DNA of 64,000 nucleotides. Source: Selaginella moellendorffii. Its lineage: Eukaryota > Plantae > Lycopodiophyta. The translations under genes and the position numbers were made by a program. Location: the NCBI RefSeq assembly GCF_000143415.4, contig NW_003314281.1, forward strand, positions 1,275,752 to 1,339,751, read 5' to 3'. Positions within the stretch are counted from its first letter, which is position 1. The number at the start of each line of letters is the position of its first letter. Positions 24,343 through 37,149 of this stretch are shown piece by piece. The notes below the pieces were generated by a model, which saw only the letters and a list, made by a program, of their open reading frames with translations, was not told the origin of the DNA and searched no databases.

Positions 24343-27300
24343 ATGGCGGACGATGGGGAGGGCTTCCGATCCAGGCGGCTGCCCGTGCGGCGCCTCAAGG
24401 CGACGATCGTCCAGAAGGTGGAGATGAACCGGGTCACGATCATCCTCGCCGAGACTGGCTCAGGTTTGCCTCTTCTTTGCTCGGATTACCCCTCTTTTCG
24501 GAGCTTAGCAAGGGAATGTGGGTCTAGGAAAGAGCTCGCAGGTCCCGCAAATGCTGATCGAGGAAGGGTTCGCCCCCATTCTGTGCACGCAGCCGAGAAG
24601 GCTTGCCGTGGTCGCCGTGTCCAAAATGGTGGCCGAGGAGCGAGGCTGCGAGCTTGGACAAGAAGTTGGATTTCACATTGGTCAGATGAATAGGACAAGT
24701 TCCCGGTAAATGCTCGATCGTTCTGAAAGTTCTAGTCTTTCCTTGATGTTTAGTTCTTGGGAACTTTTTCCTTTAACTCCTCGAGTTGTTGGAGTTCTGT
24801 GGTTCTTTCTTTTGATCATAGATGTCACGGTATTTTTCCAGCTCCAAAATCGTCTTCCAGACTGCCGGTGTTCTTCTAGAGGAGATCAAATCCAAAGGTG
24901 TGGCTGCTCTTTCTCACTACAAGGTGGTCATACTGGATGAAATCCACGAGAGGTCTGTGGAGTCAGATATGGTTCTTTGTTGCGTCAAGATCTTGCTCTT
25001 TTGGAACAAGAACACACGGTGAGCTTCTTTTTGTCTCTTTTTGTTTCTGGAATTCTCTTGCTAATGTGATTGCTGCTGCCATAGTCTGGTACTCATGTCT
25101 GCCACCGCTGACTTTAAACGCTACGAAAACTATTTTGCCGAGCTTGGCGAAACAGTTGAGAAGGTGGCTGTCTCGAACTTGGCCTCGAAGATCCAGCAAC
25201 ATCTGTTCCAGTGCAGCGTGAAGTATCTCGACCAGGTTCTGTATATTATATTTCATTCGCGTTTATTTTTAACCATCCTCTGTCAGGTCGTGCAACAACT
25301 TGGAAACAAGGAAGAGCACTTGTCTGTAATGAACTCGTTGGAGCAAAACCCCTCTCCCTTTAAGACCGGGACTGATATTGGGATGGAGATACAGCACCTG
25401 ATTTTCCATCTTATCGCTCACATCCACAAAGATGAGCCTGATCGCAAGAAGGGAATTCTGGTCTTCCTGCCAACTTATCGTGCCTTGGAAGAGCAGTGGT
25501 CTCTCCTCACGCAACGGGCACTGGATGTGGAGATATTTGTGCTCCACAGTAGCATTGACATCGACCAATCTTTGGAAGCAATAGAGGCGTACCATTCAGT
25601 GAGGAAGGTCTTTTCTTTCCTTAATTCTCCGTCTTGTTTTTTCTGAATCCTTCTTTTCTTTCAGGTGATTCTTGCGACTGATGTCGCCGAGTCTTCAATT
25701 ACAATACCGGGAGCATCGTTCGTCATCGACTCATGCCGCTGCCTAGAAGTGTTTTGGAACTCGAAAATGAAGAGAGACGCTCCCCGGATTGTCTGGGAGT
25801 CGAACTCACAGGTGAGAAGTTGTCTTTGTCCTCCAGCCAGACACCGTATCTTTCTCCTTTCAACTGTAGGCCGAACAACGTAAGGGGCGCACAGGGCGTA
25901 CCTGCGATGGTACTGTCTTTCGCATGGTGCCACGAACAATGTACGTGACATTCAACAAGTTTGAGGTTCCCGCAATGCAGCTCTTGTCTCTACGAAAGCA
26001 AGTACTGTCACTGTTTTGTGCTGAAGCACGAGCTTTGAATGATGCATTGGGTACGTCTCAAGTTTGTTCTTCGTTTCCTGAATCGGAACTTTTGTGTTTT
26101 GTTTTTCCAGCATTCTTCGATAAATGCCTGAATCCACCGCATCCAGACACTGTTTATGATGCTTTGGAGTCACTTGAAGCACTGAACGCTCTACAGCGCG
26201 ATGCTAGAGGGAAGAAGTTGCCGACTCCATATGGACGAATACTTGCGTCTCTTCCACTATCTTTGGAGGCTTCTATGCTTGTCATGGAGGGCTGCGAACG
26301 CGGGTACCTGAATGAGTGTGCTGTCATAGCTTCTGTGCTAGACACTACGCCGAGTCCGATTATCCTACCTTTCGGAGCTAGCGCTACAGCACACTATTCT
26401 TTTCAGTACTTCCAGGAATCACAAAATGGTGTCAGGCAATCTCGTCAAGCTGCTCTTCTTGGCAACCTCTGCGCGTTTGAATTCTGGCAGTGCGTCTTGA
26501 AGGTACGACTTCGTTTGTTTCTTTTCCTTGCCTCTCCTTGATGTTTTTCACACAGGACAACTATCGGTGGCAAAAGCTATCGCACGAATTTTTATCCTCA
26601 ACGATCGTCACCGTTCATGGAGAGGAGTCGGAGAAGGAATTCTGCAAACAGCATCACCTTTCTTTGTTTTCACTCAACGCTGTCGCTGAGCTCTGTAAGT
26701 CTTCCAGGTTTAGAATCAAACTTGATGTTTGCTTTGTTTTTGAGGCAGCTAGTTGCGTGCTAGAAGTTATACATCGGTGGAGACCACAGTCAATAAAGCT
26801 TCTAACAGGACCTCCATCTTATTATACGGCTTTCTCCTTCCAGCACCTCTGCTTTCATAGCCAAGACGACGAGTCGTGCCTGGGACTTCCGTATGTTTCA
26901 AATGGGAGCTTCCACAACGAGAATAACCAGTCAGATTTGCTGAAGATCATTGTGGAGGTAACTTGTTTGAACCCGTGCTTTGGTTTTGCAACACACACGA
27001 TCCACTGTTTCAGACTCAAGCAAGATACTTAGAACCGCAGAGTAATTACGAGTTGATCCATTTTCCTAAAGAAGAGGAAGGGAAAGTGCAGTGCGTGTAC
27101 TTCCGTGGAGGCTTTTGCGCTAAAGGAAACGGCTGTGAGTTCTCACACTCCGTCTCTTCCACGCCAGTATGCAAGTTTTTCTTGTCCGGGGATGTAAGTG
27201 TCAGCTTTTTAACTCGCATTATTCTCAAGCGATTGTATGCCAGGGATGTCGCTATGGTGCTCATTGTCGATATAAGCACGACTCGGATGTTCCACGCTGG

Positions 27301-28004
27301 GACAATCATCTTGAGCTTGACGAAGACGTAGCTCAGTTTCCTACGGTGCTGTGTTCTTCCACTCGAAACTTGGAGGGCACCATGCTATTTTTTGGAAGGG
27401 AGGCACTGTCTTATATCCATCAGCTGCAAGATCTTGCTACTGCATCCATCGCAGTAGCTTGCAACGAAGATTCTCAGCTAGAAGCAGAGAAGTATGATCC
27501 ATCTCTCTCCACCGTGATCCTGGACTTGCCTTCGAGAATCCAGATCCTTTGGGGGCTCAACGCATCGTCTTTGGTTACTTCCTCCGCGGAAGAAGCGAGA
27601 GAGCTCCCAGACTGGACGAAAGTCAAGTGCATCGTCTTGAACTTTCCACTCAGGAGCATCAGCGATCCAGATCAACACAAGGCGTTCTTCCAGAAGCTTT
27701 TCCACTTCTTAACAGTGACGCAGTGTAAGATCAACTTACTCAACAGTGGACTTGTGGTGCTTCTCACTATGACCAACATCGAATTTTGCCAGTGCCAGGT
27801 ACTGATCGTTCACGATTTTCGAGTGATCTTAAGTTTGTTCTTCTCTGGCTCTCACAGGTAGAACGAGCTGGTCGAGAGAATTTCCTCTTCCTCCAGTCCT
27901 CCACGGCAGTGGATCCAGCGTTTTTCAAGGGGAGCTCTATCCGACCGCCAGTAAAGCTCGTCACTTACATCTTCAAGCTCGTGTTTCCCCGGAGGTTTCT
28001 TTGA
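24343..28004 (+). CDS. DExH-box ATP-dependent RNA helicase with CCCH zinc fingers (DExH8/C3H31-like), multi-exon
   Basis: AETGSGKSSQVPQ, CTQPRRLAV, DEIHERSVESD, MSATAD, ILVFLPTY, VLHSSID, ILATDVAESSITIPG, QRKGRTGRTCDG, and two CCCH fingers (CVYFRGGFCAKGNGCEFSH; CKFFLSGD/GCRYGAHCRYKH). Confidence 0.93.
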
Positions 28005-28143
28005 CGAGGTTATCTTCGTTTTGTTCCCGCCCGGAATTTTATCTGCACCGTCGGATCTATTTCAAGTTTTTGCCTGCCCTAGAACAGGAGCGATGGCAGT
28101 GGGGAGCTGGGAATCCATCGTTCTTCTCCATTCATAGCCAAGA

Positions 28144-29075
28144 ATGCTGAGGTCTGCTCTCCAAATCCGATGCTCATTCCGTGGCGACCAAACAGGCAAG
28201 CAGCAGTGGCAAAATCCCCTCGGCATTGCAAGATTTCGAGGCTGGGATCTCGTCACGGCCACCAGCCTTCTGTGGATGCTTCTGGCAGTATGGCGCGCAG
28301 CCCAATTGCAATGTATGCCCGGTGAGACTGCCAGGAGCTCTCCCGGTTCTCAACGAGAAGGTCGTGAAATTCGCCTGGCGCTCAACTGCGATCTCTCGCT
28401 GCGCTCCAAATTCGATCGCAGGCAGTACTTCTTCCCAAAGGGTACCAGAGCTCGCAGTTTGATATCTCGATCGCCGGGCATGGAAGCATCGAGGTGGATT
28501 CTCCGGTGGAGTATGGTGGTGGTCACCGAATGTTTGGAATCACTAGAGTTCATATCGAAGAGGACGCTGGAAAGCTTGTTCAGTGGTGGAAGACTATCAG
28601 GATCACGACGCTCCAGCATGCAGGATGTTCTTGTGCTGGCTGACGACAAGAATGTAAGTTCTTTCTTCTTCTTTTTTTAATCGGGAAAATGATCCTTGCT
28701 TTTCTTCTCCAGGTGTCGGAATACTTTGATAATACATTGGAGCAAGGTGCTGACATGAAAAATGCAGCTAACTTGATAATGGGAGACATCGAAAGCTCTC
28801 GATTTTGGACGTAAGAATCTCTCCAAGCTTTTTGGCGGAGCTCGTTGGTCTCATCTAGGAGGGAACGATCGGTGGAAAAATCGGGAAAGAAGCATGTCTT
28901 GCTAACAGATTTGCTCTCCAGATTCTTCCCGAGTTGCTACAAAACGGTGGCACTGCGAAAGAAGTGATTGAAGCCAAGGTTCTCACTCAGGTGACAAGCT
29001 TTCCTTCACATTTTCCTGTCAAAAACTTGAGCTTCTTCTTCTCTTCTTGCAGATTTCCAACGAAGTGGAGACAGG
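28144..29075 (+). pseudogene. gatB: Glu/Asp-tRNA amidotransferase subunit B (GatB) pseudogene
   Basis: Fragments [54 protein letters not shown] and YFDNTLEQGADMKNAANLIMGDI lie in shifting frames with large deletions. Confidence 0.85.
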
Positions 29076-29380
29076 TGATCGATCTCTCTTCCTTCTAGTA
29101 GCTATTTCTGTCAATTTTTTTCTCTCTCTTTTCTTTGTATGTCATGCTCTTGCGTGTTAAAAAGTCTTATATCGATAAGAATCTGGAGTTTTGGTATAAA
29201 AGCCAACCGAGGTCAAACCCTTGACGTAAAAGGCTTCGTCAAGAGGCTTTTTCCCCTGGATCATCACTCGGCCTCACGCGATAAAGAGTGCAAAGGTAAC
29301 GATGTGTAATTCTAAATTTTACTAGCTAAGGATCATTTGCACAGGATAAGTCGAGCTCCACTGCTCCCAGGAGAGAAGGT

Positions 29381-30283
29381 TTGAGGCCTCGAAGCAGCCA
29401 AGCTCCTGCGGTAGAGCATGCAAAAAAGGGGAAGAAGAAACATAAAGCCACACCAAATGCCAAACGTGGAAGGATTTCGTTCCAATCTCCACCAGCGGAA
29501 GACGATGCCAGGGACGGCAAAGAAGAAGAAGCGGGGGCCACACCAAAGACAAAACGTGGAAGGACTTCATGGCAGCGACGGCAAAGAAGAAGAAGAAGAA
29601 GAAGAAGAAGGGCTTCGTTCCAATCTCCACTAGCGACTCTGGAAGAGAAGTCCGTAATGGATGTTGGCCTCGAACTGCTCCAGAGGTCGAGTGATGCAGA
29701 GACGGTCAAGTTTAAGCACCCATTCCTGACGTGGATAGCGAGCGAGGAGATGCCGAACGGGAATAAGATGGAACTTCCATCGGAATACACCGAGACGTTT
29801 GAGACAGCACCCTTGGGAATTGCTGTGGGGAATGCAGTTAGATATGGTTTGCGCTATGCTGGGCTGATTACATCAACGTTTCACAAGAGCTTGAATGAGC
29901 GGCCTATGCTGCAGGCAATCCTAGCAGGCTTGTTCATGTCGGTACCCCCAGACGGCTACAGAATGAGCTCAAGCTTTGCCTCAGATGTCCTGTTGTGGAA
30001 AAGGAATGGGCTTGTGAAGAAAGAACAGCTATCGCGTCAATGCTATGATGGGGACGGATTCGGCACTAGAAAGAAGAGCTTAACCGTAAGTTTATCTTGC
30101 CGCTTCTCACTCACAGTTTCTCTCTTGCAGAGATGGAAGACTAATATATTGATGGAAGCCAAGGATGAACGCGGGAATTGGCAGAAACGCTTGCTCATCC
30201 AGCATAAGCTCGTTTTCATGGAGACGATATCTGTGAGGCGATCATGTCCGGGTGCAATCATCTGCTGGAAGGTCCACAACTGA
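29381..30283 (+). CDS. Lineage-specific hypothetical protein with basic N-terminal repeats; probably 3'-degenerate
   Basis: 300-codon open frame with repeats ATP.{2}KRGR.S(F/W)Q and an (AGA)n tract at ~29584-29610. Likely intron near 30085-30130. Downstream exon-like sequence (30700-31500) contains stops. Confidence 0.35.
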   Translation: MRPRSSQAPAVEHAKKGKKKHKATPNAKRGRISFQSPPAEDDARDGKEEEAGATPKTKRGRTSWQRRQRRRRRRRRRASFQSPLATLEEKSVMDVGLELLQRSSDAETVKFKHPFLTWIASEEMPNGNKMELPSEYTETFETAPLGIAVGNAVRYGLRYAGLITSTFHKSLNERPMLQAILAGLFMSVPPDGYRMSSSFASDVLLWKRNGLVKKEQLSRQCYDGDGFGTRKKSLTVSLSCRFSLTVSLLQRWKTNILMEAKDERGNWQKRLLIQHKLVFMETISVRRSCPGAIICWKVHN

Positions 30284-33200
30284 AGGACAGGCTTTACGTG
30301 TAAGTGAGTTTCTTGGTATGAATTTACTCCCGGCACTGACACTCTGTGGCAGGTCTGAGATGACAGAGTGAGGAATGGAATCCTAGATGTGTTTGGCACA
30401 GTTTACGTTCAGAATGGCCTTTTCTTTTTTTTTAATCAATCTTTTTTTCTTAGCTTGACCTCTTCCTTTTGAATACAAATGGCAATCCCTTCAAGCACAA
30501 TATGTTACATTCAAATCAATAGCCACAATTGGTGCTAATGCATTTCTAGTGTGGAGCACTAGAAGTCACTTGCAATGCAATTCAATGTTGGTAAGTGTCA
30601 AGTCTTTTTACTCATTTTGGATTCCAGGTTTTTGCATAATGTAAATCAAGAATAGGCCTGTTGCTGTTGCATATCATTGCATTTTTTTTACAGGGGATAG
30701 ATTTATGTTGCAATGGGTAGGCTGTAGGAAGTTTGTCAGTCATGATGCATAGTCATTCTACTGCCATGATCACAACCTTCACATGGACAACTATGTTGTA
30801 TTGAGCTAGACTTGATGATGGTCTAGGCATTCTCAAATGGAATAGCTTTAGTTCTAGCATAGAATGTGCCGCAACTGATCATTATTCCACCAGTTGAGGC
30901 ACAACCCATGGTCGTGCCTTTCGCTATTCTGTAGTTCATTGCACTTCCTTTGCCAATTGAGGACATTGAATAAGTTGATTGTACATAATTGTTTATGTAA
31001 TTCTTTTCTTGCTTCTTTCTTGTAGTGGATATGATCAATGTGGTTCAACATCCCATTGTTGAAGTGGCTTAAGAGATGTAGCTGAGGAGGTTGTTACAGC
31101 ATTCCAAGAAGTTGCAGATGCTGTTATAATGGTTGAGGAGGCTGCTAATCATATGCCTCCACTTGTAGCTATGGAGGTTGTGCAAGAAGATGGTCTTTTT
31201 GCTACAACAACTAAGAAGTTGCCGAAGTGGGTGCAATGGTGCAAGAGATTTTTCCCCCTCCTGAGGCAATAGAGGTTGTGTCTAGGGCCTATGTCTATTG
31301 AGGGGGTGAATAAGGTTTTTCAGGACAACAAAATGCCCGATTTTGGAGAGGTGGTGGCATCCAAGGTCTTGCAGAGCAATGCGATGCAGTGCCGGTTCAA
31401 CGAGCATACCATCAACTTTTGGCAAGCCTACTAAACACAAACATATATCAATGGGATGTCCAATGCATACATTACAGCATTCATGTCCCCTCGATCCTTC
31501 TCTGTGGATGCCAGCATGGACGGGTGGGTAGGCCATCAACCACCACTTCTTCCTTGGGCTCCGTAACCGATTCCCATATGGAATGCTAAGCATGGATACA
31601 GGTCTCATGCCACAGAAATCATGGTGTGGAGAGGCACACTCCAATTCCTCCTAAGACACCGCGTATCTGCGACTCCCAGTTGCTTGCAAACAGTCAACAT
31701 AGGCAAGTGGTATAACTGTAGGTGATGGACAAAGAGAATTAACATCGATCTGGACGCTCTCCTCCAGCAATCACTTACCACTGCCTGGCATTCAAAGGCT
31801 GGCTTCGTGGCGCAGATCGCAAGACAAAATTCCAATACTATCTCACCAATGTAAACATCACTCGAACAATCGGGCCTCCAGTAACGCTATCGAGATACCA
31901 ACTGGAGATGCACAATCTCTATAGTGTAATCGGAGCGTGGTGATGGCCCCCTAGGGAGACCGGCGATGGGTCTGCAAATGGGAGGTCGAGGACGTGGAAC
32001 ATTGCTGCCAAGGCTACACATGGCTGCGGCTATACTTTCCAGAACTTCACTTCACCACGTCCTCCCCTAGGAATTCTCTCTACAGAATTGGCAGGGAGCA
32101 GCCTCGCCTTCTTCCTTCAATGCTTGAACGAGAGGTGCCAACAAATCTTTGCCGACATTGCCCCAAACTTCCCATAATATAGAGGTTCCCATGCCCCATT
32201 GGGTGCCGTGGGACAACATGCGGCAGCCACAGCAACGCCATGAAACAAGCATTGCATTGACAGCATGGCACAGCTTTCTGGGCTGTGCCATGCTGCAAGT
32301 TCGCGTGGCAAAAAACGCAAACAGTGGTGGCCTGTGATATGGTGTGCTGCGAGGCCATATGGCTCCAGTGCCTCCTGGGTGCATCGCAAGATTAATTCTC
32401 ACACCAAACACCTCACCATTTCATGCGGGATTGAAGACAGCATTATCCAGCTGATTTACTATCTTACACAAGAGATGACTGCACAAAGCCCCTGCTTCCT
32501 AGCAAGTTTTCTCCCTCATCTAAGATGCAGCCACGTGGTATGCCACGTGGCACATAAAGCGGACACTTCACACTTTTCGGATGATCTCGTATACAATCTC
32601 ACATTGGAGATCATAACCATCCCTCCCTTACTCTCGACTGAGTTGAAACGAGTGAGGTTTCGTCAATGAGGTGATCTCGATGGATGCATTGTCTAAACCG
32701 CTACTCCTGCGAAGAAATGAAAACCGCAGCAGAGGAAAGGTTGGAGACTCTCACCAGTGGTTGTTTGCTTGGGGCCGTTGGCGTTCGTCTGGGACGCAAT
32801 GCAATGGGACGCTGTTATGCAGCTTGTTTCATGGCGTTGCTGTGGCTGCTGCCGCGTCTTCCATGTCGTCCCATCCATCGCTCGTCTTTGGTCATCGGCT
32901 ACGCTGTCGAAGAAATCTTCGCTCAAGGAAGTGCTGGGCTGGGGTGCTAGCTGGTCTTGAGAGAGCTCACAGTGCAGCTTTAGACGACAAGAGATAGTCA
33001 GCTATCCAAAGTTATAAGCATTTACAAACCCGAGAAGACCCGACGTTGCAACAGGCAGAATACTGGGGCTCACTCCATCCTCGAGCTCAGAGTAGATTTT
33101 TGATAAAGTTACTTCGATGTGGACAATGCTGACCTTGTTGTGATGCTTCCGGACAAGTAGCTTAAAAGGCTTTAGTCCTCACATCAGTTAAGCAACTAGA

Positions 33201-34621
33201 ATAAAAGATGGAGCAACCTGTAGTTACTGGCTTGTGGCCCATTATACCTTGTCAGGGAAGAGCTCAAACGCATACCAGCACCCCTTGCAGGAGCAAATCC
33301 ATCCCTTAGAGCCCTTGCCGTGATGCGTTGATCAGACTCTTGCATGAAAAATGTAACTTGATTCGAAGAACAAGAGGAGAATGTACGTTAAGAAGGCCGG
33401 CAGTGTTCAGGTTCTTCGTCAACATGATAGAGACTAAGAAAAATAAAAGAGAAAAAGGAACCTGCAATTTCAATAAGTGTTTCAACAGAGATCCCATAAT
33501 GGTTAACTGCTTTCAGGCAATGGAAATACCTTTGGTGCAAAAATGAGCATTGACTTCAACGTGTGTTCGAAAAACCAGTGGCTGCGAAAAAAACCCGTGC
33601 AGGCATTTTTAGTTTCTAAATTCGAGTGAATGCACAACTCAACTTGCTCATGGAAAAGTATTTCCATACTGATCACTTGCTCAAATAAACTTGCTCGAAT
33701 AGTACGGTCAGTCGACGCAAAGAACAATAAATTGTGAAAAAAAGGTCAGTCACCTTACAAATAAGGATAAAATGCAGAACGACGGTGCAGCGTTGCCAAT
33801 CAAAAACTTAATAAAAGAAAAATGCAGTACGCTATTGTGACAGCCAAGCCCCCATTTAAAAAATGGAGGTAACGGCTGCTGCGGACCCAAACTCCAGAAC
33901 TGAAGCCACCATTGGAAGAATCTGCGCGAAAAACTGAGTCCGGTACTATCAGGGAAATGCTGTACCTTTTTCAAGGAAGCTGTATCCTTGAGGCCATAAA
34001 CTGGACTGTTTCCAGAAGTTTATTTTGAAAGAAATCTGCGCATCAAACCGAGTAAATAGAAAATAGTGCTCGATAATATTACCGCTGTTTTCTATCAACT
34101 TTGAAGCATCGTGAGGGCTCAAAGCAACCTTTGATAATCGGGCAACAAGTTCTGCAAATTTATGTTAATACCACTATCACTCCAGCACAAACCTTGGGAA
34201 TTGGTGCTGTGTTTCGTAACTCCCCTGTTTTTGACATCGAGAATAGCTCGTACGTCAAGCATCCTACAGCGACCATTCTAGAAAACAATTGTAATCGAAA
34301 CACTCACCTAGACCCCACGCATCCAGTTCATATCGAGGAGATTTGCGAATTAACAAATTCTAAAGACTTGTACTGGCTCCCCACTAACCATTCATATTGC
34401 TGCTCACACGCATCAAAATGACAACAGTGAAAAAATACAGGGACTTACAAGCATGAGTCCAGATCCGGATTCGCACCATCGAAGCACGTCGAAGGCATGA
34501 AGCTTCCAATCCAGTGAAGGAGTACACCATAAATCTCGATGCCTATGGGAGATTGTTGAGGAACTTGAATGGAAAACCCTTTTTGTGGCCTTCATAAAAG
34601 AAGCCCCTTTTGTACTAGGGT

Positions 34622-35635
34622 ATGGACATTTTGGTGCACATAATTGAGCAGGAGGTGTTGAAGCGCTTGCCTGCAGTTGCTTTGCACTGCCGCATTAGAG
34701 CTGTGTGCAGACAATGGAGGGATCTTGTAGATTCACCAGGATTTGCAAAGTTTTATTCAACATACCACTCTAAAAGTAAGCATCTACCTCCTCCTCGTGT
34801 CTTGGGTATAACTAGAAATGGTGAGGATATCTACAACTGCAACCCATTTGTTGTTGGATCTGAAGCACCAAAAGATTGGGTCCATCAAGATGTCTACAGT
34901 CACATCAGGGTTTTCAGTACTTGTGGTGGATTGCTGCTTGGAATGATGGGTGATGATTATGTTGTTCTCAACCCGCTTACTAGAGCTCTCAAGGTGCTTC
35001 CCCCACCGCCTCTGAAAGCGGTTTCAAGGGCAGTCGTATATATACTCCTGCGTCTTCATTCTGCCCTGGTATTGGAACCGTCCATGCAGCGGTACTGGAT
35101 CTGTATAGCAGAAGAGCGATTGCATGTATATGACTCAAGATCAGGGGTGTGGGACCAAGTGGATTACCTTCCTGGCTGGTCTCATCTCATATATGGAGTG
35201 GGAATGGCCAACAGCAAAGCTTATTTTAATTCGAATCAGGGGATATTGAGCTTCAACATGGAAGAAATGAGATGGTCCATCGAGTGGTCATCATCCAATC
35301 GACCTATGGGAGCTGGTTGGGCCAATTGGGTGGTAACAACAGCACCCCAGTTTTTCATTGTGGCTATAGGAGCAGATCGTGGGGTTGTGAAGATGATGCT
35401 AATAAGGTTGGACTGTGCATCCAAGAGATTTGTTAAGGAGGCAAGCTTTCCTTACAACGAGGACTACCATCTTATCCCTCCGGCCTGTTTCTACGAAGGC
35501 ACCTTCATGATTCCGGATAAGAGTAAGGTGTTTTTTTTGGATTATGAGTGTAAGACCTGGACTAACATTCCAACTCAGAACCCTTCAGTTGTGATGTCTG
35601 CTTTTCTGTTTGCACCATCTTTGGTGCCTCCATGA
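34622..35635 (+). CDS. F-box protein (intronless, F-box plus FBA/kelch-like C-terminus)
   Basis: 337-aa ORF with F-box IIEQEVLKRLPAVALHCRIRAVCRQWRDLVDSPGF, then STCGGLL, VVLNPLTRALKVLPPPP, VYDSRSGVW and C-terminal FLFAPSL. Confidence 0.9.
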   Translation: MDILVHIIEQEVLKRLPAVALHCRIRAVCRQWRDLVDSPGFAKFYSTYHSKSKHLPPPRVLGITRNGEDIYNCNPFVVGSEAPKDWVHQDVYSHIRVFSTCGGLLLGMMGDDYVVLNPLTRALKVLPPPPLKAVSRAVVYILLRLHSALVLEPSMQRYWICIAEERLHVYDSRSGVWDQVDYLPGWSHLIYGVGMANSKAYFNSNQGILSFNMEEMRWSIEWSSSNRPMGAGWANWVVTTAPQFFIVAIGADRGVVKMMLIRLDCASKRFVKEASFPYNEDYHLIPPACFYEGTFMIPDKSKVFFLDYECKTWTNIPTQNPSVVMSAFLFAPSLVPP

Positions 35636-35929
35636 AAGTTAATATTTTATGTTATTAGAATTTTCTTCTAGGCATCCAAATGTTCATAAGTTCTCTTGCA
35701 CACCCATTTATGATCAATAAGTTTTCAATTAAACAGTATAAAACACTATTCAAATTAACAGCACTGAAGGAATGTGGAAGGAATGGAAGAGTAGATCACG
35801 ATATACTAAGCCTGTGAAGGAGAGACAATCAAAGGTGAGTAATGGTATAGTACATTTTTGCATCCTTTGTTTCTAGAGGGGATTGCATCAAGTTTCCAAG
35901 GCCACAAGCTTCGAATAAATTATTTGTTG

Positions 35930-36320
35930 ACCAAATTAAGAGCGGGCTGAACAGCAGTTTTGACTACGAGCAGCCATAACTCGTCACATCCAGCAATGTT
36001 GTGACATATGGCATCTAGTAGAAACGTTTGTACCACCTCAACTCTGATGGAGTTCATGCTCTGTAATCCTTGGTGCTACAGAAAAAAAAAGTAGCGAAAA
36101 CACAAAACAAGCTGAGAATCTAAAGCTGTAAGATGCAGTGCTGGCCGAGCCAATCTACATTTCAAGAAAAGAAATCTCTGAAAGGACTTGCCTGCAAAAC
36201 CATGTGATGTTCTTGAGGGAATGCCCTTCTCTATACAAACTTTGAGCAGCTTCTCCATGCTGCGTAGAGGTCACCTGTCTCTCGCAAAGCTTCTACACAA
36301 GCGCTGCTCTCAGGCTTGGC
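35930..36320 (-). pseudogene. TTI2-like gene fragment, heavily deleted
   Basis: Reverse complement matches the NIAGCDELW.LVVKTAV exon and the GAGAGCAGCGCTTGTGT segment of the intact gene. Confidence 0.75.
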
Positions 36321-36382
36321 CCGACGACATGGGCACCACACGGGTTTCTCGACACGGACACCAGTAGCAAGCACCATTCTCT

Positions 36383-36491
36383 ATCCAATACCATGTTGAG
36401 AACTAAGGAAGAAGAGAAAAACTCAGATATCATCGTCACTATACATACACAAGTGAGAGTTGTGACTCTCTAGATCCACCACGTGTCACGC
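36383..36491 (-). mobile_element. Partial inverted copy of the TRIM LTR plus PBS
   Basis: CCAATACCATGTTGAG..GTGAGAGTTGTGACTCTCTAGATCCACCA is the reverse complement of ~36772-36883. Confidence 0.8.
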
Positions 36492-36735
36492 AATCCTCAT
36501 CAAATCATGCAATCCTCTTTGAGATCCTGGAAATGTTGGAAGCCATGCAACAGTCTGAACAAACTCTAAACTTCTTCATTTCATTACCTGGATGGTCGTC
36601 CTCAACAAAGTTGTAGTAAGCCTGCGTCAGCTCCAGTGAGATGGCTTGCTCACTCAGCAAATTAACTCCTTTAATCCAAAACTCTGGGATTATGGGAGGG
36701 GGTTATGCGCATGATGTTCATCGTCAATGGACAGT

Positions 36736-37143
36736 TGTGAGGATGTAGTACATCCGAGACTGTATGGCTAAGACACATGGTGGATCTAGAGAGTCACAAC
36801 TCTCACTTGTGTATGTATAGTGATGATGGTATTTGAGCGATAGAGTTTTTCTCTTCTTCTTTAGTTTTCAACATGGTATTGGAGCTCAGGGATTAAATTC
36901 TGGGCTGAATGGAGGAGGAAGAGGAGGAAAACGATGAGCCCCTTGATCTAGAGAGGCTGTGAATTGCAAATTTGATCTCAGCTGAGTGGGGGTGTGAGGA
37001 TGTAGTACATCTGAGATCATTGTATGGCTGAGACACGTGGTGACATGTGGTGGATCTGGAGAGTCACAACTCTCACCTGTGTATGTATAATGGTGATGAT
37101 ATCTGAGTGATAGAGTTTTTCTCTTCTACCTTAGTTTTCAACA
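36736..37143 (+). mobile_element. TRIM (terminal-repeat retrotransposon in miniature), 408 bp
   Basis: Direct LTRs 36736-36873 and 36993-37143 (TGTGAG..CAACA). tRNA-iMet-type PBS TGGTATTGGAGC at 36874-36885. PPT GAGTGGGGG before LTR2. Flanks ACAGT/AAAGT (5-bp TSD, 1 mismatch). Non-coding 119-bp interior. Confidence 0.9.
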
Positions 37144-37149
37144 AAAGTA

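Larger units (their letters stand above)
33085..36320 (+). repeat. Segmental duplication, copy 2 (partner 16530-19295)
   Basis: Colinear with 16530-19295. It continues at 36360-36600 with pieces of the 20270-20412 segment. Confidence 0.9.
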
